A DNA stretch of 64,000 bases from assembly GCA_964016885.1 (NCBI GenBank), contig OZ024742.1, positions 151,776,001 through 151,840,000 on the forward strand, written 5' to 3'. Source of the DNA: Eledone cirrhosa (taxonomy: Eukaryota). A model generated the notes under the pieces. The model was not told the DNA's origin, did not search any database, and saw only the letters and a list, made by a program, of their open reading frames with translations. The number at the start of each line of letters is the position of its first letter. Position 1 is the stretch's first letter. Positions 57,910 through 64,000 of the stretch are shown in pieces. A program made the translations under genes and the position numbers.

Positions 57910-58303
57910 GTATGTTGAACTAACTGTTGTCTAACGTCCCATGGACTGAGTGCTCTACCACTACGGATATTACCTTCCAGTGTTCTAACACTATATATAT
58001 ATATATATATATATATATCATAAAACATGTCTATAGAATCAATCAGATATTAAAATATATACTATTTCTTCCTCTAATCAGCATAATTAACCATATACAT
58101 AATCAAATCCAGCAAGCTTTAAGAGTAAATTTTCTAACGGGGAAATCTCCGACAAATAATTGATTGCAGCTAGTTCGCGTTAACTCCGTTCCATTATTTA
58201 TCAAACACTTCGGCAGCATGTAGAATCCGATCAAATATATCGTCAACCACACGTAATTAGTAGTAAAATTAAACTTAGAAGAAATGCGCACATACCGTAA
58301 TTA

Positions 58304-58383
58304 TATCTCTACCATGGTTTCTTCCTTGTTTAGGACATCCAAATAATATGGACTTGCCCGAGTCAGGTTATCATCAGGAGATA
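58304..58383 (-). ncRNA. Type I hammerhead, canonical core, large domain II
   Basis: tatctc-CTGATGA-(49 nt)-GAAAC-catg-GTA-gagata; predicted cut between 58310 and 58309. Confidence 0.85.
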
Positions 58384-58992
58384 AACTCAGAAATAGACAT
58401 TTAATTTCTCAGACCGACCCCGCCAAATTTAGATTCAAAAATGGCTAAGATCGCTATGTAGCTGTGTACCAGCCAGAGAGAAAGCGTGTGTTTGGTCGCT
58501 TACGGCGGGTAGGTATGCTGCTAGAAAGCGCAGCCATATAACGCCAAATTTAATCTCAACCGATAGGGAGATTATTAAATATAGAGGTTATCACATACAT
58601 AAAATTAAATTAAATTAAATCAAGGATACATATATGTGTTGCAACTGTTCACTTTTAAGCTCAATGAAGAATTAATAAGTTAAAATAAAAAAATCAGAGC
58701 ATTATATCATAAAACATGTCTATAGAATCAATCAGATATTAAAATATATACTATTTCTTCCTCTAATCAGCATAATTAACCATATACATAATCAAATCCA
58801 GCAAGCTTTAAGACTAAATTTTCTAACGGGGAAATCTCCGACAAATAATTGATCGCAGCTAGTTCGCGTTAACTCCGTTCCATTATTTATCAAACACTTC
58901 GGCAGCATGCAGAATCCGATCAAATATATCGTCAACCGCACGTAATTAGTAGTAAAATTAAATTTAGAAGAAATGCGCACATACCGTAATTA

Positions 58993-59073
58993 TATCTCTA
59001 CCATGGTTTCTTCCTTGTTTAGGACATCCAAATAATATGGACTTGCCCCGAGTCAGGTTATCATCAGGAGATA
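58993..59073 (-). ncRNA. Type I hammerhead, second tandem copy
   Basis: Same fold; predicted cut between 58999 and 58998. Confidence 0.85.
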
Positions 59074-59164
59074 AACTCAGAAATAAACATTTAATTTCTC
59101 AGACCGACCCCGCCAAATTTAGATTCAAAAATGGCTAAGATCGCTATGTAGCTGTGTACCAGCC

Positions 59165-59229
<65 letters not shown>

Positions 59230-59269
59230 GATATTAAACAAATGGAAACTATATTTATAAAACCATATT

Positions 59270-59335
59270 TATTTCGTTATATATATTTCTGGGATATCAT
59301 ATTAAAAATATGTTATGCCTTCCTCAGACAAAATA
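59270..59335 (-). ncRNA. Type I hammerhead (left arm of palindrome)
   Basis: Reverse complement of 59481-59546. Confidence 0.78.
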
Positions 59336-59480
59336 CAATACATAAGCTGTTTTATAAATAATTAGTGACATACCTTTTGAGAATGCAACTTCCTTTTAAA
59401 AAAAAATCAAATTTTTTTAAAAGGAAGTTGCATTCTCAAAAGGTATGTCACTAATTATTTATAAAACAGCTTACGTATTG

Positions 59481-59546
59481 TATTTTGTCTGAGGAAGGCA
59501 TAACATATTTTTAATATGATATCCCAGAAATATATATAACGAAATA
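59481..59546 (+). ncRNA. Type I hammerhead, canonical core
   Basis: tattttgt-CTGAGGA-interrupted stem II (catat/atatg)-GAAA-tatata-TA-acgaaata. Confidence 0.8.
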
Positions 59547-59674
59547 AATATGGTTTTATAAATATAGTTTCCATTTGTTTAATATCGTAAACCTACTCCA
59601 GAAACTGTCGAGTGCTTTTATATCTGTTATAAAATATTTACTCGTTGTAACCCAACAATCTTAAATAAAACTTT

Positions 59675-59742
<68 letters not shown>

Positions 59743-59782
59743 TATATATATATGTATGTGCATATATATATATATATATTCA

Positions 59783-59935
59783 TATATTTATTAAAATAAC
59801 AGATTAAAGTTTAAGCAACGAATCGCTGCTTTCACCCTTAACGGGATCTTACTTTTTGTTTTTTGTTTCAGAAGATCCCGTTAAGGGTGAAAGCAGCGAT
59901 TCTTTGCTTAAACTTTAATCTGTTATTTTAATAAA

Positions 59936-59940
<5 letters not shown>
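59783..59940. mobile_element. Mini-foldback of the CAGAAGA-HHR pLTR family (HHR 59865-59913, plus)
   Basis: ~68-bp inverted arms in (AT)n. Confidence 0.82.
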
Positions 59941-60007
<67 letters not shown>

Positions 60008-60035
60008 TACATGTATATATATACATATATGCATA

Positions 60036-60061
<26 letters not shown>

Positions 60062-60066
<5 letters not shown>

Positions 60067-63000
60067 CTATCTATCTAAGGCGGGTAAAATTCCCGAGATC
60101 CATGGACGAGTTCTCTCCAGCGGTCTCTGTCCCTAATTATCGCTGCCATATCCTGCATCTCCAACAGACCAGTGTCTGTCCTTAGGGCATCAACATATGT
60201 TAACCTTGGTCTTCCTCTTCTAGTGTGTCAATGTAGGGGCTCCCAAAGGAGCACTGAGTGCAATGTCAACTCTGGATGTCGGTGAGCATGTCCAGCCAAC
60301 CTCAGTCTCCTCTGTGTCACTTTTGAGCTGACTTTTGGGATGCTCCCATACAGCTCTGAGATTTTCATCCTCAGTGTATACTGATTAATGTTCAGAGCCA
60401 TCCTCAGCATTCTCGTGTAGCACCCATCCAACATCTGAGTGAGTCTCTTGGTCAGTGTCCAAGTCTCAGACCCATACAGCAGCACAGACTCCACTACAGC
60501 AATGAAGAGGCGGATTTTCAGGTCTCTACGAAGGTCCGACTTCCACACCGATCTCAAGCTGTGACACGCCGCCCAGGCCTTGCTCTTCCTCTCAACCACA
60601 TCATCTTTCGTATTCCCAATCTTTGCTCCCAAATACAGGAAGTCCTCAACCAATTCCAGCGGCTTCCCGCCTACATTAGTGATCCCCTCTGGCTTCTCAA
60701 CATTCTCTACCAGATATTTTGTTTTAGTCTCATTCACGCTCAGCCCCACACTCATCGACACAGTCTCAACCTCCCGCATCAAATCCTCTGCCTCCTTCAC
60801 TGTATTTGTCACCAAAACTATGTCGTCGGCAAATTCAGCATCCGATACCTTTTTCGCCCCAACTCTCCTGCTCTGAGCCGGTGCTACAGTAAAGCCAGTG
60901 TCCTGGTGTTTCTCCAGTGCAAGGCGCATACAATAGTCCACTACGGTGATAAAAAGGTAGGGAGCCAATGTATCTCCCTGGAGCACTCCAGCCAGTATCT
61001 CAAAGAACTCTGTCATCCCATCAGGTGTAATGACTTGGGCTTTGGTGTTGGTGTAGAGCAGTGATATCAGGTCCACTATCTTCTTGGGGATTCCATAAGC
61101 CTGTAAGATCTTCATCAGGCAGTAACGGTCCACAGAATCAAAGGCCTTCCTAAAGTCAATGAAAACCATGACCGCAGGAAGGCACTTTGCTCTAGCTCCC
61201 TCTAATATCCTCCTCAGCATCAGGATGTGACTGGTGGTTTATCTACCCTCTCTGAAGCCGTTCTGATTGTCCCTGAGCTTCTTCTCCATCTCAGGCTGGA
61301 TCCTGTTAAGAATCATCCTGTTGAGGGTCTTTGCCACAAGTGACGTCAGTGAGATCCCCCGGTAGTTGTTGGTGTTAGAGAGATCTCCCTTCTTTGGCAC
61401 TGGGACGATGTTACTGATCCTCCACTGATTCGGGGCAACTCCTTTCTCCAGTGCCCCGTTACAGAACCCCAGGATGATATCATCAAAATCACACCTCTTC
61501 ATCACCTCTGATGCCACTCCATCTTCTCCATGAGCCTTGCCCTCCTTGATCTTCTTCTTGGCTCTCTGAAGCTCCTCTCTGGTGAAGGGCTCTGTCTCAA
61601 CATCCAGTTCCTCAAACAGCCGCCTGATCTCCCCAGTGCTCTGGGCTGTGGAGGGTGGCTCTCCTAGTAGGGTCCTAAAATGGTCTAGCCATTTCCTCTT
61701 CCTATCCTCGGGCCCCGTTCCCTGGATCTGACTCGAACACCTTTTCTTCCTCCCTGTGATCTCGTTGATGATCATCCAGCTCTCCTTACATCCAGATCTG
61801 TCAACCGCTCACTCCACACTTCTGATCTTCTCTATCAGTGCCTCCTCTCTGACCTCAGTGTAAGCGGTACAGAGCTCTTCCCTCATCACCTCCACAGTCT
61901 GCATCCTCTCCTCCGTAGGATCAGCATAGAATTGGTCCCTGGCAGCTTTCAGGTGTTCTCTGGCTGCACACACTTTTGGGCTTGCAGAGCTGACGTGCTT
62001 CCCTTTGTTCTTTTTCCTCAGCACCAGGGTTTCACTTGCTTTCGCCACTGCATTGGTGAAGTGCCCGTACCTCCTCGTCACACTCTCCTCAGTCCATCCA
62101 ATCTCTCTCTCCTCTGACTCTCCACACAGAGCACTAAACCTGTTTCTCACTTCCACTGTGAACCTCTCCTGTAGCTTATCATCTTCCTTGAAAGCTCCCC
62201 AGTCATAGATTGTTCTCCGGGGCTGAGCCTTGCTCTTTCTTAAGCTCACGCGGACCTCACTTATAACAAGCCGGTGGTCACTACCCAGTGTACTGAAATA
62301 GCTGTATGGTTCCGTGTTCAGAACACTATTCCGCCACTTTTTCTTCACCAGAATGAAATCAATCTGGGACTTGGACAGGTGCATATCTGAGATGTAGGTC
62401 CACATCTTCCCCAGATTCTTCCTAAACCTTAGGTTGGTCGCCATCAAGTTCGCCTCCAGCAGGGTGTCTCTCAGTAGTCTTCCATTTCGGTTGGTGTTGT
62501 TATGGAAGTACCAGCAAGGATCTTCAGTGCCCTCCTTACTCAGATGTGCATTGAAGTCCCCCAAAACAAGCAGGATATTGTGTGCCTGAGTGGTGTTGAG
62601 AGCTCTACACACCTCATCATGGAACTCCTAGGCATTCACATCACTGTCCCCCTCGGTTGGACTATAGGCTGAGATGACTGTCAGTCTTGGGTTTCCATTG
62701 AAGGTCACCCTCAACACTCGCGGGGAGATAGGCATTATTTCCCTCACCAACAGATTGGTTTTTGCACTGAACACGAAACCCACTCCTCCTACTGCAGCAT
62801 TTGTTGTGTTCTTCACTGCCGATGTAGTGATGAGCTGGCTCTTCCTCCCGATCATCACACTCCTCACGGGCTCATCGTGTAGAATCCTGTGTTCTTGGAT
62901 CGCAAGTATCTGTATACCACTCTCCTCGAACAGATGTCCCAACTCCTCTCTCTTCTCCAGCGTTCGAATAGTCCTCACATTCAAAGTGCCCATTTTGATG

Positions 63001-63382
63001 GCTCTTCTGCAGGACAAAACTGCATTCTTTATATTTGTCTCAGAGACAGCTGATCCATCATCCACTGGCCCTCTCTGTGGCTCTAAGCCAGCAGAGTCAT
63101 AACGACCAGGCTTCTCCTTGACAGTGTAATTAGGGGCTCTAACCCTAGTGCTGTTAGATCGACTCTCCATATTTCTTTTCAATGGCTGACAATACCTTAC
63201 CGGCGCCACTCGAATAAGGTAGTTATTTAACTCATAAATGGAGCCCTAACAAGTACTACCACCCCGGGCCAGGGCAGACCTGGGAGTCATGACAACTAAG
63301 GGGTAACTCCACATTCCCCACATCTCCTGAACTCCCGAACTGGAGCCTTGCCACTGGATGTAGTTTAATGTCATACCCAGGC
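60062..63382 (-). mobile_element. Full-length RTE-clade LINE (~3.3 kb) in (AT)n, (TAGA)n tail
   Basis: 5' UTR of about 210 nt, single APE+RT frame, short-repeat tail. Confidence 0.93.
60075..63170 (-). pseudogene. APE endonuclease-reverse transcriptase, one frame with four premature stops
   Basis: GTLNVRT, AIQEHR, GDFNAH, QIDFIL, SDHRL; NYRGISL, FIDFRKAFDS, GVLQGDTLAP, FADD, YLG. Stops at 62628, 61809, 61239 and 60228 are all in the same frame. Confidence 0.93.
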
Positions 63383-63416
<34 letters not shown>

Positions 63417-63448
63417 GTATATATATATATGCATATATATATAAATGC

Positions 63449-63525
<77 letters not shown>

Positions 63526-64000
63526 TATACATACACACATATATATATGTGCATATGTATATATATATATGCACCAACCGGAGGTATATATATGGTCTTT
63601 AAAGCGATGAAATACCAATGAAGGTTGGAAGATCACTGATGAAGGACTAATTTATTCATATGTAACACATTTGCAACCACGCAGCACCCCATGTTTTCAT
63701 ATCAATATATAATTCCCTCCGCTGTGACCCGTCTGTTTCTTTCTTACGGCTTTCCCTTTTCTCTGTATCTCTCACTTCCTTCTACCCCTTCTAACAGTCA
63801 CTCTCTGTTAGCCTCTTCCTCACACTTTCAGTCACTCACTCTCTGCTACTACCTCTACTAATTCCTCCCATTTGACCTGTGCGAGATTCTTTCCTCACGC
63901 ACACTTTGACAAGGTCGGATGGTCTTTATTCTCTCTCGTCTACGATTTCACAGAACTTATGTTCATCGATTTCAGGGACTTAACTCCTTCTTCCTCACTT

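Larger units (their letters stand above)
56900..57991 (+). mobile_element. 5'-truncated Naiad-like PLE with inverted pLTR (arms 56900-57149/57681-57930)
   Basis: GIY-YIG remnant CSCR..CPL...*..VIY..YVG..FKERF.NH..CGLC..E..CPH; tail 57931-57991; (AT)n flanks. Confidence 0.9.
58014..59165 (-). mobile_element. Retrozyme-like tandem element, unit 689 nt (~1.67 units), two hammerheads
   Basis: 58014-58475 is repeated at 58703-59165 with about 7 differences; non-coding; (AT)n flanks. Confidence 0.88.
59227..59678. mobile_element. Near-perfect ~360-bp palindrome of PLE pLTR ends plus a terminal tail
   Basis: Arms 59227-~59405 and ~59412-59589; homologous to 2680-2815. Confidence 0.9.

Noticed and set aside
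58021-58291. Apparent peptide conservation in the ~690-nt family (ISIINH..Q..QA.R on one strand; VWLTIYL and WLIMLI with TGA opposite TGT on the other)
   Set aside because: Frames are broken by non-triplet indels and stops between the three members, so nucleotide homology explains the similarity. A dN/dS test on many copies would be needed to revive it.
63935-63980. Minus-strand gtc-cCTGAAAT..GAAA-tcg-TA-gac followed by AATAAA
   Set aside because: Core too degenerate and at the window edge; a plausible PLE remnant but unsupported.

Overview
AT-rich, microsatellite-saturated, non-genic animal DNA. The SINE and LINE repertoire looks like a coleoid cephalopod (octopus-like), which is an inference. 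No host protein-coding gene is supported, and most listed ORFs are translations of (AT)n/(CA)n/(GA)n repeats. The window is a mosaic of mobile elements: Penelope-like elements (PLEs; RT + GIY-YIG, Naiad-like), RTE, R4/Dong-like and CRE-like LINEs, tRNA-derived SINEs, two Helitrons and a non-autonomous LTR element with a tRNA-Trp primer site. The hidden signal is RNA-level. By eye I find roughly 25 complete, partial or degenerate type I hammerhead ribozyme (HHR) motifs from about ten sequence families, nearly all in elements sitting in (AT)n tracts. They occur in PLE pseudo-LTRs and foldbacks, and in three unrelated non-coding, head-to-tail tandem elements with one HHR per unit (units ~521, ~630 and ~689-695 nt). 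These look like large retrozyme-type elements that would release circularisable RNA monomers. Several HHRs have non-standard features: a U3-A8 core swap with covariation, a CAGAAGA core, and a branched ~50-nt domain II. All folds were made by eye and need computational and biochemical confirmation.
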